64,000 bases of DNA from Pseudomonadota bacterium (GCA_021324855.1 JAJPIG010000028.1:1579-65578); one strand, 5' to 3'. Counted from the stretch's first letter, positions 38,991 through 50,670 are shown. Made by a program: numbers and translations. Notes: a model not told the origin generated them from the sequence alone.

Positions 38991-40037
38991 TTGGCGCGGA
39001 TTGACGAAAACGGCGATCGCTTCGGCGCGCTTATCGGCGCGCAATTCCGTGCGCGCGATCGTGAGCATCGCGGCGACTGTCCCGAGAGCGAAACCGTCGC
39101 GGCCTACCACGAACGCTCGCTCGCCGGCGACGAGCGCGATGGCGTCGAGCGTCATCTTGCCGGATGCGCTGCGTGCCGCGAGGAGCTTGCAGCGATCGCG
39201 CGCGCATCGCGTGACAGCGCTGCTGTTGGCGCGAAACCCGAATCCGGTATGCGCCGATGGTGGACGAGCGCGCCGGTCGGATTTGCGATCGCGGGCGCGA
39301 TCGCAATCGTGGTCGCAATCGGACTCGGACGCGATTACTACAACCAGGAGTCACGCGAGCAGCGCCAGCAGCTTGCGATGCTGTCGGCCAATCGAACCAC
39401 GATAACGGCCGGGCAAGAATTGCACGCGATGAAGCGCGCCTCAGTGGCAAAGAAGGCCGCCGAATCTAGTAACGTCGCCGTACCCCCATCGCCACCGTCT
39501 CAGCCCGCACAGGCGTCGCTCGCGAGCCGGGCGGTCACGCCGGAGCAAATGCAGGCCACGGGCGCGGCGTCATCCGCAATACCCGGTTCCGGGCCTGCTA
39601 CGGCTCCGGCGATTCCGGGAGCCGCAGTTGGTGCGGCGACAGGCTCAACCCTTGCGCAGAATCAACCTTCGACCTTCGCCCGCTTGTGGCGGCATACGAC
39701 TGTCATCTCGCCCGACGGCTCGGTGCGATGGGAATTCGGGAGCGGGGGAATAATCCAGCGCTTCGGCCCGGGCGGCATGACCGCGATCCGCGTGCCCGGG
39801 GTGACTGCCGACCTGCTGGCCGGCTCCGCACCCTCGTCGGCGGTCTGCTGGATCGTAGGCCAAGGGGGCGTTGTCCTGCGCACGATCGATGGCTTCGACT
39901 GGGAGAAGGTCAATTCGCCGACCTCGAGCGACCTCATCGCTGTGACCGCCAGCGGTCCGGATGCCGCAGTTGCAACCGCGCGCGATTCGCGACGTTATGC
40001 GACGTCTGACGGCGGTCAGACCTGGCAGCCTCAATAG
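38991..40037 (+). CDS. Putative anti-sigma factor: zf-HC2 zinc finger, TM helix, extracytoplasmic Asp-box/YCF48-like domain
   Basis: C..(x)..HLAGCAAC (HxxxCxxC), single TM, low-complexity linker, RTIDG.DW and TSDGGQTW repeats; directly after the sigma gene. Confidence 0.82.
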   Translation: MARIDENGDRFGALIGAQFRARDREHRGDCPESETVAAYHERSLAGDERDGVERHLAGCAACREELAAIARASRDSAAVGAKPESGMRRWWTSAPVGFAIAGAIAIVVAIGLGRDYYNQESREQRQQLAMLSANRTTITAGQELHAMKRASVAKKAAESSNVAVPPSPPSQPAQASLASRAVTPEQMQATGAASSAIPGSGPATAPAIPGAAVGAATGSTLAQNQPSTFARLWRHTTVISPDGSVRWEFGSGGIIQRFGPGGMTAIRVPGVTADLLAGSAPSSAVCWIVGQGGVVLRTIDGFDWEKVNSPTSSDLIAVTASGPDAAVATARDSRRYATSDGGQTWQPQ

Positions 40038-40069
40038 TTTTTCAGCCGCTTCCGCTTTCTCAAAAAAAA

Positions 40070-40099
40070 ATGCAAGAGGCCGCGCCGGCCTCGTTCAAA
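40070..40099 (+). promoter_or_regulatory. Putative ECF promoter, copy 2 (before the RnfD-like/DUF2330 operon)
   Basis: ATGCAA-N16-CGTTCAAA with an A9 tract upstream, ending 19 nt before ATG 40119. Confidence 0.65.
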
Positions 40100-40118
40100 C
40101 AGACGAGGACGGACGACG

Positions 40119-41129
40119 ATGACCTCGAATGCGGCGGGTTTCGCAGGGTGGGCGCGACAACTGGGCGCGATCCGCCTGCCGAACGACCCGCGAATCGCGC
40201 AGATGGCGATGCTCGGGACGATCCTTGCCGCAGGCGCATACCTTTACGATTTTGCGCTCGATCCCCGCCAAACCGTCCTGACCTTCGCCGCCGCGCTCCT
40301 CACCCAGGCGATCACTGATCGGATCAATGGTCGGGAAGCCATCAACTACCGAAGCGCGCTGATAACCGCGCTCAGTATCGCGCTGCTGCTTCGCGCCGAC
40401 TCATTGTGGGTGCATCCCGCCGCCGCCGTGGTCGCGATCGGGTCGAAATCATTGTTGCGCCTTCGCGGCAAGCATCTCTTCAACCCCTCCTGCTGCGGCG
40501 TGATCGTTGCGCTGCTCGCGATGCCCGGGGTGTGGGTGTCGCCGGGCCAATGGGGCAACGGAATCGCGATCGCGGGATGGATCGCGGTCGCCGGCACGAT
40601 GGCCGTCTCGCGGGCCGCGCGCGGCGATCTCAGTTCGGCCTTCATGCTGTTCTACGGCGGCGCGATGCTCGCACGGGTGCTGTGGCTCGGTCAGCGGCTG
40701 GCTGTTTTCGCCCATCGGATGGCAAGCGGATCGCTGCTGCTGTTCGCCTTCTTCATGATTTCCGATCCACGCACCTCGCCCGACGATTGGCGCGGGCGCC
40801 TCGTGCATAGCGCGATCGTTGCGGGCCTCGCCTTCGTTCTGGGCGCACATTTCTATGCCAACAACCCGCTGCTTTGGGCGCTGTTCCTGGCCGCCCCGGC
40901 CGTTCCGCTCTGGGACACGATCTTCAAGGCGCCTCAATTTGAATGGAAAGTCAAAGGAGAAAGCGATGTTTCCGAAATTCAAACGTCTCTCGTTTGCGAT
41001 GATTGCGATAAGTCTCTGCGCCGCATTGCTCCGGCCGACTCCGGCGCGCGCCTTCTGCGGCTTCTACGTCGGCAAGGCGGAGGGCACGCTCCGCAACAAA
41101 ACCTCGAAGGTCGTGTTGGTTCACCATGA
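40119..41129 (+). CDS. Stand-alone RnfD/NqrB-like integral membrane protein
   Basis: SALITALS, IGSK...KHLFNPS, SPGQWG, FFMISDPRTSP; multiple TM helices. Confidence 0.8.
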   Translation: MTSNAAGFAGWARQLGAIRLPNDPRIAQMAMLGTILAAGAYLYDFALDPRQTVLTFAAALLTQAITDRINGREAINYRSALITALSIALLLRADSLWVHPAAAVVAIGSKSLLRLRGKHLFNPSCCGVIVALLAMPGVWVSPGQWGNGIAIAGWIAVAGTMAVSRAARGDLSSAFMLFYGGAMLARVLWLGQRLAVFAHRMASGSLLLFAFFMISDPRTSPDDWRGRLVHSAIVAGLAFVLGAHFYANNPLLWALFLAAPAVPLWDTIFKAPQFEWKVKGESDVSEIQTSLVCDDCDKSLRRIAPADSGARLLRLLRRQGGGHAPQQNLEGRVGSP

Positions 41130-42357
41130 CGACAAGACCGTCATCAGCATCATGAGCGACTATCAGGGCGACCTCTCGCAGTTCGCGATGGTCGTGCCGG
41201 TGCCGACTGTCCTGCAGCGCGGACAGATTCATATCGGCGATCCCGGCGTGGTGAAGCATCTCGATGACTACAGCGCTCCGCGTCTGGTCGAGTATGACGA
41301 TCCCAACCCGTGCCAGATGTTCTATCCGGGCGCGGAGGCGGGGATGAGGATGAGCCGGATGGCCGCTCCGGCTCTAGCAGAGCGCAAGTCGGCCAACGCG
41401 CTCGGAGTCAAGATCGAGGCGCAGTACACCGTCGGCGAGTACGACATCGTGATTCTCTCCGCCCGGCAATCCGACGGCCTCGAGACCTGGCTGAATGAAA
41501 ACGGCTACCGGATTCCATCGGGAGCGTCGGCGGCGCTCGCGCCGTACATCCGCGACGGAATGAAATTCTTTGTCGCCAGGGTGAATCTCAAGGAACAGGC
41601 AAAGACCGGCCTCGATTACCTGCGCCCGATCCAGTTCGCATTCGAATCGCCCAAATTCATGCTGCCGATCCGGCTTGGGATGGTGAACGCCGCCGGACCG
41701 CAGGACCTCGTGATCTATCTGCTGACTGAGAACGGTCGTGTCGAGACGACGAACTATCGAACCATCGAGATGCCGACCGGGATCGACGTGCCGCAATTCG
41801 TGCGCGATGATTTCTCGAAAACCTACTCCGCGATTTTCGATCGCCAGGTGAAGCTCAATGATCTGCGCGGGATCTTCACTGAGTACGTCTGGAATATGAA
41901 CTGGTGCGATCCATGCGCCGCGCCGCCGCTCAGCCATGAGGAACTGAAGCAGCTCGGTGTCTTCTGGCTCGATGAACAAAATCCTCCGCCCGGATGGGGC
42001 GGTGCGCCGCGTCCGATGTATAGACCGCAGATGTTTATCGCGGCGACCGCGGGCGTCGTCCTGACCCGCCTTCACGTCCGATACACCGCTGCGACCTTCC
42101 CCGAAGACCTGTTTTTCCAGGAGACGGGAGATTCCAACAACTTCCAGGTGCGCTACGTGCTGCATCGCCCGTGGGACGGATCGCCGCAGGCCTGCGCCGC
42201 CGCGGCAACGTACTTCCAGGAACTCGATCAACGGCGTGCGACGGAAGCACGCAATTTGGCCGATCTCACCGGCTGGGATATTGCCGACATCGACCGGCGG
42301 ATGGGCCTCAATCCGAGTAAGCCGTCACCAGCGTGGTGGCAGAATCTCTGGCATTGA
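40966..42357 (+). CDS. Exported DUF2330-family protein
   Basis: SD AAGGAG; signal peptide ..PARA/FCGFYV; FAMVVPVP, SAPRLVEY.DPNPC, VGEYDIVILSA, WL.ENGY, LPIRLG, WCDPC, TRLHVRY. Confidence 0.82.
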   Translation: MFPKFKRLSFAMIAISLCAALLRPTPARAFCGFYVGKAEGTLRNKTSKVVLVHHDDKTVISIMSDYQGDLSQFAMVVPVPTVLQRGQIHIGDPGVVKHLDDYSAPRLVEYDDPNPCQMFYPGAEAGMRMSRMAAPALAERKSANALGVKIEAQYTVGEYDIVILSARQSDGLETWLNENGYRIPSGASAALAPYIRDGMKFFVARVNLKEQAKTGLDYLRPIQFAFESPKFMLPIRLGMVNAAGPQDLVIYLLTENGRVETTNYRTIEMPTGIDVPQFVRDDFSKTYSAIFDRQVKLNDLRGIFTEYVWNMNWCDPCAAPPLSHEELKQLGVFWLDEQNPPPGWGGAPRPMYRPQMFIAATAGVVLTRLHVRYTAATFPEDLFFQETGDSNNFQVRYVLHRPWDGSPQACAAAATYFQELDQRRATEARNLADLTGWDIADIDRRMGLNPSKPSPAWWQNLWH

Positions 42358-42388
42358 TGATGGCCGATGCGCTAAACATAGAGCATCG

Positions 42389-43291
42389 GTGTACGCCGTT
42401 AGTGCCAGGCGGCAGCAATGCGAGAGGGGGATTAAGAATTGGTCGCGGCTGATTATTGCCGCGCTGGTGGCGACCGCCTTTGCCGGATGCGCGGCGCAAC
42501 CGAAGCCGGCGCCGCTCGGAAGCGCGTCATGCACAGTTGATCAGCTCGGTCAGAGCGCGATTCCGGTAAGCGTCGCCGGCCGCGATTCGATGATAAGCGT
42601 CGCCCAGGCACTGGCCTCGGCTGCTGCAGGTACCTATCCGGACGCGCAACCGTTCGCCTATAAGATTCGCTTTCATAAGCCGTTGATGCCCTATGCGGAG
42701 GGTGCGCCGCCGTTCGTGATGACCGGACAGTTCGAACGGGCATGCGATCGAAACAATTACCTGGCTCTCGGATGGGGCTACTCGCGGCGCCAGGACGATC
42801 ACGCTTACGCGGCGATCGCGCCCCTCGATCCGCCGCAGGATTGCCCGGGCAAGCAGACTATCGTGCCATCGATCGAGGCGATCTATTCGCCGTCGGTGAC
42901 CGAGCCCGAAACCGACCATAGTCCGATCCGTGGATGGCAGGTCGATCTCCCGCAGATTACGGAAATTCTGCGGAAGAATCATGTCTCGTTCGCCAATGGC
43001 CTCGAAACTATCGAGGTTGCCAGCGCGCGGCGGCTCCGGCTCGATGACGCGCGTCCATCTTCCGGCTGCGTCCGTACCTTCTACGGCCGGGGCGGCCATC
43101 GGCGGCTCGATGCGATCGACGGCTCGCGGACCGTGATGGAGCTGGCCGAAGCCGGACGGCCATCGCGCAGGGCGAGTCTCGCCGGCTACTGCACGGCGGG
43201 TCATTATCTGATCCTCGATGCGATTACGGCCGAGGTGGTTGAGCGCGGCAAATATCGGCGCTGCGAATACTTCGCCTCCGAGCAGATCTAG
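42389..43291 (+). CDS. Hypothetical Cys-rich lipoprotein (start uncertain)
   Basis: LIIAALVATAFAGC lipobox; six further Cys; first in-frame GTG after the upstream gene is at 42389. Confidence 0.65.
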   Translation: MYAVSARRQQCERGIKNWSRLIIAALVATAFAGCAAQPKPAPLGSASCTVDQLGQSAIPVSVAGRDSMISVAQALASAAAGTYPDAQPFAYKIRFHKPLMPYAEGAPPFVMTGQFERACDRNNYLALGWGYSRRQDDHAYAAIAPLDPPQDCPGKQTIVPSIEAIYSPSVTEPETDHSPIRGWQVDLPQITEILRKNHVSFANGLETIEVASARRLRLDDARPSSGCVRTFYGRGGHRRLDAIDGSRTVMELAEAGRPSRRASLAGYCTAGHYLILDAITAEVVERGKYRRCEYFASEQI

Positions 43292-43514
43292 GCTTCGCTC
43301 GCGTCCAGACTCCGATTTATCGCATCAATCCCTTTCGCTGGGCGGATTGAACCCCGCGCACCGCGCGAACCGCGACCGGATTGGAATTCGATGTTCGCGA
43401 TGCGTTGAATCGCTACAATTGCTTCGATGCGTGGCAGTTCACCGATTAACGCGACCTGGCGCAGAAGTTAGTGGGCGGGCGATTTGAATTATCCGGCGGG
43501 TGCGCGAATCTTCG

Positions 43515-46067
<2,553 letters not shown>

Positions 46068-46073
46068 TATCAC

Positions 46074-46490
46074 TTGAAGAAAAGCAACGGGCGGTTCACG
46101 GTGCTTAGGCAGACGATACGCAAGCGGTTGCAGGCCAAGCTGAGCGCGATGAAAACCGAGCTCAAGCGGCCATGCACGCTCCCATCCCGGAGGTCAGCAG
46201 TGGTTGAGGGCCGTCGTGGATGGGCATACCTGCTACTATGGGGTCACCATGAACGGACCGGCGCTCTTGCTGTTTCGGTTCCGAGTAGGCCGGCTCTGGT
46301 ATAGAGCTCTGTCCCGTCGTAGTCAGAACGGTCGCCTCAACTCGGATAGAATGACGCAACTCATTGACCACTGGTTGCCACCCGCTCGCATCTGTCATCC
46401 CTATCCTCTGCGCGGTCTCGGCGTTATTACCTGAGGCAAGAGCCGGATGCTGCAGTTCCGCCTGTCCGTATCCGTTGAGAAGGTTATCGG
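46074..46490 (+). mobile_element. Degenerate group II intron 3' remnant (maturase X-domain pseudogene plus domain V)
   Basis: Across two frameshifts: GRFTVLRQTIRKRLQAKL...MHAPIPEV.QWLRAVVDGH..YYGV..N...W.RALSRRSQ...WLPPARICHPYP; then GAGCCGGATGC...GC.GTCCG.ATC (domain V with AGC triad) at 46440-46472. Confidence 0.85.
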
Positions 46491-47570
46491 CTATGATTCA
46501 GGCACATAGTCTGCAGCGGCTTTTATCAAGCGCGCGTTGTCGAGGGGCGAGCGCACGCCGATACGGTAAAGACCGGGGCCACACCCGGGCAGTGCGGCGA
46601 GGTCTCGAATCGCGATTCCTCGATTTCGCATGTAGCAGCCGAATGCGCCTCGGACCTTTTCGTGAGCAATCGAAAACATCAGGAAATTCGCAGCCGAGGG
46701 GAACACTTTCATACCCAGCCGGCAGCGTAATTCGCCCTCGAGTATCTGGCGTTCCTCCGCGATAAGAGCGCGAGTCCGGGCAATAAAAGGTCCGGCAGCA
46801 TCCAGGCACGCAAGGGCGACATGCTCGGCGATCGCATTCACGGACCATGGTTCGATGGCCTCGCGCAGCTCGCGAACAACATCTGGGGATCCGAGCAGAT
46901 ATCCCAGGCGCAGGCCCGGAATCGCAAAGATCTTTGTGAGCGAGCGAAGCACCAGCAGCTTCGGAATCGAGCCGAGGAGCGAGCAGACTGAGCGCGGGTC
47001 ATCGGCAAACTCGATAAACGCCTCGTCAATCACGCACCACGCGTTCCGCCGCGCGCATTGCCGCGCGATGGCGGCGGTTTCGTCCAGCCCGAGCAGAGTG
47101 CCCGTCGGGCTGTTCGGTCTGCCAAGGAATACGCCGTCGGCTCCCATCTCGAGCGCGGCGCACAGTTCTGCGAATTCCAATCGGAAGTGGTCTTCGGGTC
47201 TCAGGAAGATCGGGAACGGCGCTGCCCCGGCGGCGCATAGGGCATTGGCAATCTCGCTGAATGTGGGAATGACCACAAATGGCGAGCGTAACCGGAGCAC
47301 CCGTGCAGCAAGGTAAAGAAGCTGCGTGCTGCCATTGGCCGCGATCACCATCGCGGGATCGACGTCGAGCCAGGCGCCGAGGCGGTTTTCTAGGCGATGC
47401 GGGTAGGGAGATGGGTAGTGCGAGATGCGGCCAATAGCGTCGTGGTATGCGCGCAATGCTTCGGCCGGAGGCCCGAGCGGATTAAGACTCGTGCTGAAAT
47501 CGATGCAGTCCCCCGGGAGATTGCCACCATGGGTGTGGTCGATAGGAATCGGCACCGATAGGCGGTTCAT
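46491..47570 (-). CDS. cobD: L-threonine-O-3-phosphate decarboxylase
   Basis: HGGN, DFSTSLNPLG, NGS, PNSPTG, IDEAF, RSLTKIFAIPGLRLGY, SAANF; cob operon context. Confidence 0.9.
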   Translation of the reverse strand: MNRLSVPIPIDHTHGGNLPGDCIDFSTSLNPLGPPAEALRAYHDAIGRISHYPSPYPHRLENRLGAWLDVDPAMVIAANGSTQLLYLAARVLRLRSPFVVIPTFSEIANALCAAGAAPFPIFLRPEDHFRLEFAELCAALEMGADGVFLGRPNSPTGTLLGLDETAAIARQCARRNAWCVIDEAFIEFADDPRSVCSLLGSIPKLLVLRSLTKIFAIPGLRLGYLLGSPDVVRELREAIEPWSVNAIAEHVALACLDAAGPFIARTRALIAEERQILEGELRCRLGMKVFPSAANFLMFSIAHEKVRGAFGCYMRNRGIAIRDLAALPGCGPGLYRIGVRSPLDNARLIKAAADYVPES

Positions 47571-47571
47571 T

Positions 47572-48549
47572 TCAGCGACCCCACGCCCACGCGAGCGTCG
47601 TACGCGTCATGACGAGCGCGGCAAGCATCAGGGCGCTCGCAGCCCACATCAGAATTCGCGACGTGGTGAGCGCCGGAATGTCTAGCGACACTTGCGGGCA
47701 GCCCATGCGCGGTCGAAACTCCAGTTCTCCGCCATAAGACGCCTGACCTCCTAGTTCCACACCGAGCGCACCCGCCATCGCCGCTTCCGGGTAGCCGGCG
47801 TTGGGGCTCTCATGCTTACGCGCGTCGGTGAGTATCGTGCGCAGGCTCTGGATGCCCCGGCCGGTCAGCACCGCGGCGCTAAGCGCGATAAACACCGCGG
47901 TCAAACGGGCGGGAATAAGATTCGCGATATCGTCGAGCCGCGCGGCGCATCTGCCGAAATACAGGTAACGCGAATCCTTGTAACCGATCATAGAGTCCAA
48001 CGTGTTAATCGCCTTGTAGACGATCGCTCCCACGGGACCGGCCACGGACAGAAAAAACAACGGCGCGATAATGCCGTCACTTGTGTTCTCGGCAACCGAT
48101 TCAATGGCCGCCCGAATTAGACCTTCGCGGTCCAACGCCTGCGGGTCGCGACCCACCAATGCAGGTATCGCGCGTCGCGCCGAAGCCTCGTCGGCCAGAA
48201 GCAGATGTCGCTCGACGCTTTGTGCGGCGTCGTTCAGTCCACGAGCGGCCAGCGTGGTCCACGCGATCAGAGTCGCGGCGAGCGCACCCAAAGGTGCGGC
48301 TATAGCCTGCAGGGTTCTCACGACCGTCCACACGGTCGCACCCGACAGCACAATAATCCCAGTTACGAGCAAGGCCCCGCCCACCAGTTCCTGACGCGCA
48401 CCGCCCCGCCGAATAAGTCGCTCCCCAAACGCCACGGCACGACCAATCAACCTGACCGGATGTGGGAGCCAATCGGGATCGCCGCACACAAGGTCGAGAA
48501 TCACGGCGGCGATGATTAACGGGGTCGGCAGGTAAAGAGCATAGCTCAC
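47572..48549 (-). CDS. cbiB: Adenosylcobinamide-phosphate synthase
   Basis: GDP..PHPV, VGRD, ESVAENTSDG, YKAINTLDSMIGY, DD.AN..PARL, SPNAG.PEAA.AGAL. Confidence 0.96.
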   Translation of the reverse strand: MSYALYLPTPLIIAAVILDLVCGDPDWLPHPVRLIGRAVAFGERLIRRGGARQELVGGALLVTGIIVLSGATVWTVVRTLQAIAAPLGALAATLIAWTTLAARGLNDAAQSVERHLLLADEASARRAIPALVGRDPQALDREGLIRAAIESVAENTSDGIIAPLFFLSVAGPVGAIVYKAINTLDSMIGYKDSRYLYFGRCAARLDDIANLIPARLTAVFIALSAAVLTGRGIQSLRTILTDARKHESPNAGYPEAAMAGALGVELGGQASYGGELEFRPRMGCPQVSLDIPALTTSRILMWAASALMLAALVMTRTTLAWAWGR

Positions 48550-50093
48550 GAGCGGACCCTGCCGTTCGAGAATGGCCCGATGGATTTGATTCCCAATAAA
48601 GCCGCAACCGTAGCCAGATCCAGGTTGGCCGCGAGAAGGTCTGCAAACCGGTCGTACGCACGCAGTCGCACCGTCCTGGCACTTTCGAAATCGCCGGCAT
48701 TCAGAGACCGCAGTCCCTTGCCTCGGCCGATCCGCGCGAGATACTGGCGGCGAAAGCCGGGCTCGTCGAACAGGCCATGAATCGAGGTGCCCAGAACGCG
48801 GCCATCGTCGGAGACGCTCCCCTCGGACTCGTCCACGATTCGTCCGTCTCGTTCCCGAATCCGAAACGCGACCGCTCCCGCATGTCGGCAGACGCGGCCG
48901 CTATGAATCTCGTAACCGGAAATTTCATTGCCGGAAGAAGGATCTATCGCCCGCACCAGGGCGGTAATCTTCTCATCGTCGAAAACTGTCTCGACATCGA
49001 GCAAACCCAGGCCCGAAGCCTCCGAGAGCGAGCTTTCAACATGCTCCGGGTCGGCGACGCGACGCCCTAACATCTGGTACCCGGCGCAGACTCCCAAGAC
49101 CTGCCCGCCGTCGCGGTAGTGATCGAGAATGCGCCACTCCCAACCGGACTCGCGCAGCCAGGCCAGATCGGCGATCGTGCTCTTGCTGCCGGGCAGACAC
49201 AGGACATCAAAGTCGCCTGCGCGCCGCGGGTCCTCAAGGTACTGCAAGTCAACTTCGGGCTCGCGCGCGAGCGCCTCGAAGTCGGTGTAATTGGCGATTC
49301 GGGGAAGACGCACGACGCCGATCTTGATAGGGCGCGTATCACGGGCATCACGTGCGCTCAGGCTTGCGCTGTCTTCGGCCGGAATGTCGAGCCCGTTCGC
49401 ATACGGCAGGACGCCGAGGATTTTGATGCCGGTTCGCTGCTCGATGATCTGCAAGCCGTCCGAGAGCAGTTCAAGATCACCGCGAAACTTGTTGATGACC
49501 AAGCCCTTTACACGATCGCGCTCGGAAGGCGATAGAAGCTCAACTGTCCCTACCAGCGCGGCCAGCGCGCCTCCCTTGTCGATATCGGTGACGATAAGCA
49601 CCGGAGCGTCCGCCAGTTCCGCCACGCGCCAGTTCACGACGTCGCGCTCGCGCAGATTAACTTCGGCTGCGCCGCCGGCGCCCTCGATGACGATTAATTC
49701 GAAATCCGAAGCCAGGCGTGTGTAGCTTTTGACGATCTCCGGCCACGCTCGTTCCCGATAATGGCTATGTTCACGAGTCGTCATGCGGAACTGTACGCGT
49801 CCGCCGATCACGACCTGGCAGCCGCGTTCGCTTTCGGGCTTCAGAAGAACGGGATTCATGTCCACAGTCGGCTCGAGGCCGCAGGCTTCGGCTTGGACCG
49901 CCTGGGCGCGCCCGATCTCGCCGCCGCCGGGACATACCGCCGCGTTGTTGGACATGTTCTGCGACTTGAACGGAGCGACGCGCATTCCAGCACGAGCGAA
50001 CAGCCTGCAAAGACCCGTGACCACCACGCTCTTGCCCACATCCGAGGCAGTCCCCATTATCATCAGGCTTCGGGCCTTTGCGGCAGTGTTCAT
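48546..50093 (-). CDS. cbiP: Cobyric acid synthase (CbiP/CobQ)
   Basis: GTASDVGKS, PFKSQNMS, NPVLLKP, EGAG, INKFRGD, LPGSK, GVCAGYQMLG, GYEIH, HGLF. Confidence 0.96.
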   Translation of the reverse strand: MNTAAKARSLMIMGTASDVGKSVVVTGLCRLFARAGMRVAPFKSQNMSNNAAVCPGGGEIGRAQAVQAEACGLEPTVDMNPVLLKPESERGCQVVIGGRVQFRMTTREHSHYRERAWPEIVKSYTRLASDFELIVIEGAGGAAEVNLRERDVVNWRVAELADAPVLIVTDIDKGGALAALVGTVELLSPSERDRVKGLVINKFRGDLELLSDGLQIIEQRTGIKILGVLPYANGLDIPAEDSASLSARDARDTRPIKIGVVRLPRIANYTDFEALAREPEVDLQYLEDPRRAGDFDVLCLPGSKSTIADLAWLRESGWEWRILDHYRDGGQVLGVCAGYQMLGRRVADPEHVESSLSEASGLGLLDVETVFDDEKITALVRAIDPSSGNEISGYEIHSGRVCRHAGAVAFRIRERDGRIVDESEGSVSDDGRVLGTSIHGLFDEPGFRRQYLARIGRGKGLRSLNAGDFESARTVRLRAYDRFADLLAANLDLATVAALLGIKSIGPFSNGRVRS

Positions 50094-50136
50094 CGCATTT
50101 CCGAATATCTATCCGGATTACCAATCGATTGTGTGG

Positions 50137-50670
50137 TCAGAACTCGATTCCTTTTTGCGCGCGAACCCCGTCGCGGTAGGGATGTTTCACGGCGCGCATT
50201 TCCGTGACCAGGTCGGCAAGCGCCACCAGTTCCGGATGCGCGGCGCGGCCCGTCAGGATTACGTGAAGTCCTTCACGCCGCGATTTCAGAGCCGCAACCA
50301 CTTCTTCAACCGGGACGAAGCCGTAGTTGACGACGTAGGTAATCTCGTCCAGCACGATTAGGTCGAAATCGTTGCCGTTGAGCCATTGACGCGCCGTTTC
50401 CCAAGCGGCAGCCGCCGCGGCCCGATCCCTGGCCAGGTCTTCGCTCTCCCAAGTAAAACCCCGCCCCATCGTAAGCCAGGTCAGATTTGACGTGTTCTCC
50501 CCTAGCCTGCGCTCGCCGGTACGCCATTTGCCTTTGATAAACTGCAGCATTCCAACCCGCATGCCGTGACCGAGCGCCCGGAATGCGACACCGAGCGCAG
50601 CCGTGGTTTTCCCCTTGCCGTCGCCCGTGTTTAGCAGAATGAGACCCTGCCTGCGCTTAGGTCCGTCCAT
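50137..50670 (-). CDS. cobO: Cob(I)yrinic acid a,c-diamide adenosyltransferase (CobO/BtuR)
   Basis: TGDGKGKTTAA, QFIKG, LDE, LTGR, ADLVTEM, KHPY, GIEF. Confidence 0.96.
   Translation of the reverse strand: MDGPKRRQGLILLNTGDGKGKTTAALGVAFRALGHGMRVGMLQFIKGKWRTGERRLGENTSNLTWLTMGRGFTWESEDLARDRAAAAAAWETARQWLNGNDFDLIVLDEITYVVNYGFVPVEEVVAALKSRREGLHVILTGRAAHPELVALADLVTEMRAVKHPYRDGVRAQKGIEF

Noticed and set aside
37467-39155. 562-aa minus-strand ORF
   Set aside because: Shadow of the kinase, sigma and anti-sigma genes; no motifs. Long antisense ORFs are expected at this GC content.
43335-43360. GGGCGGATTGAACCCC, resembling a reversed tRNA T-loop or att site
   Set aside because: No paired T-stem or cloverleaf, and no match to the two tRNAs in the window.
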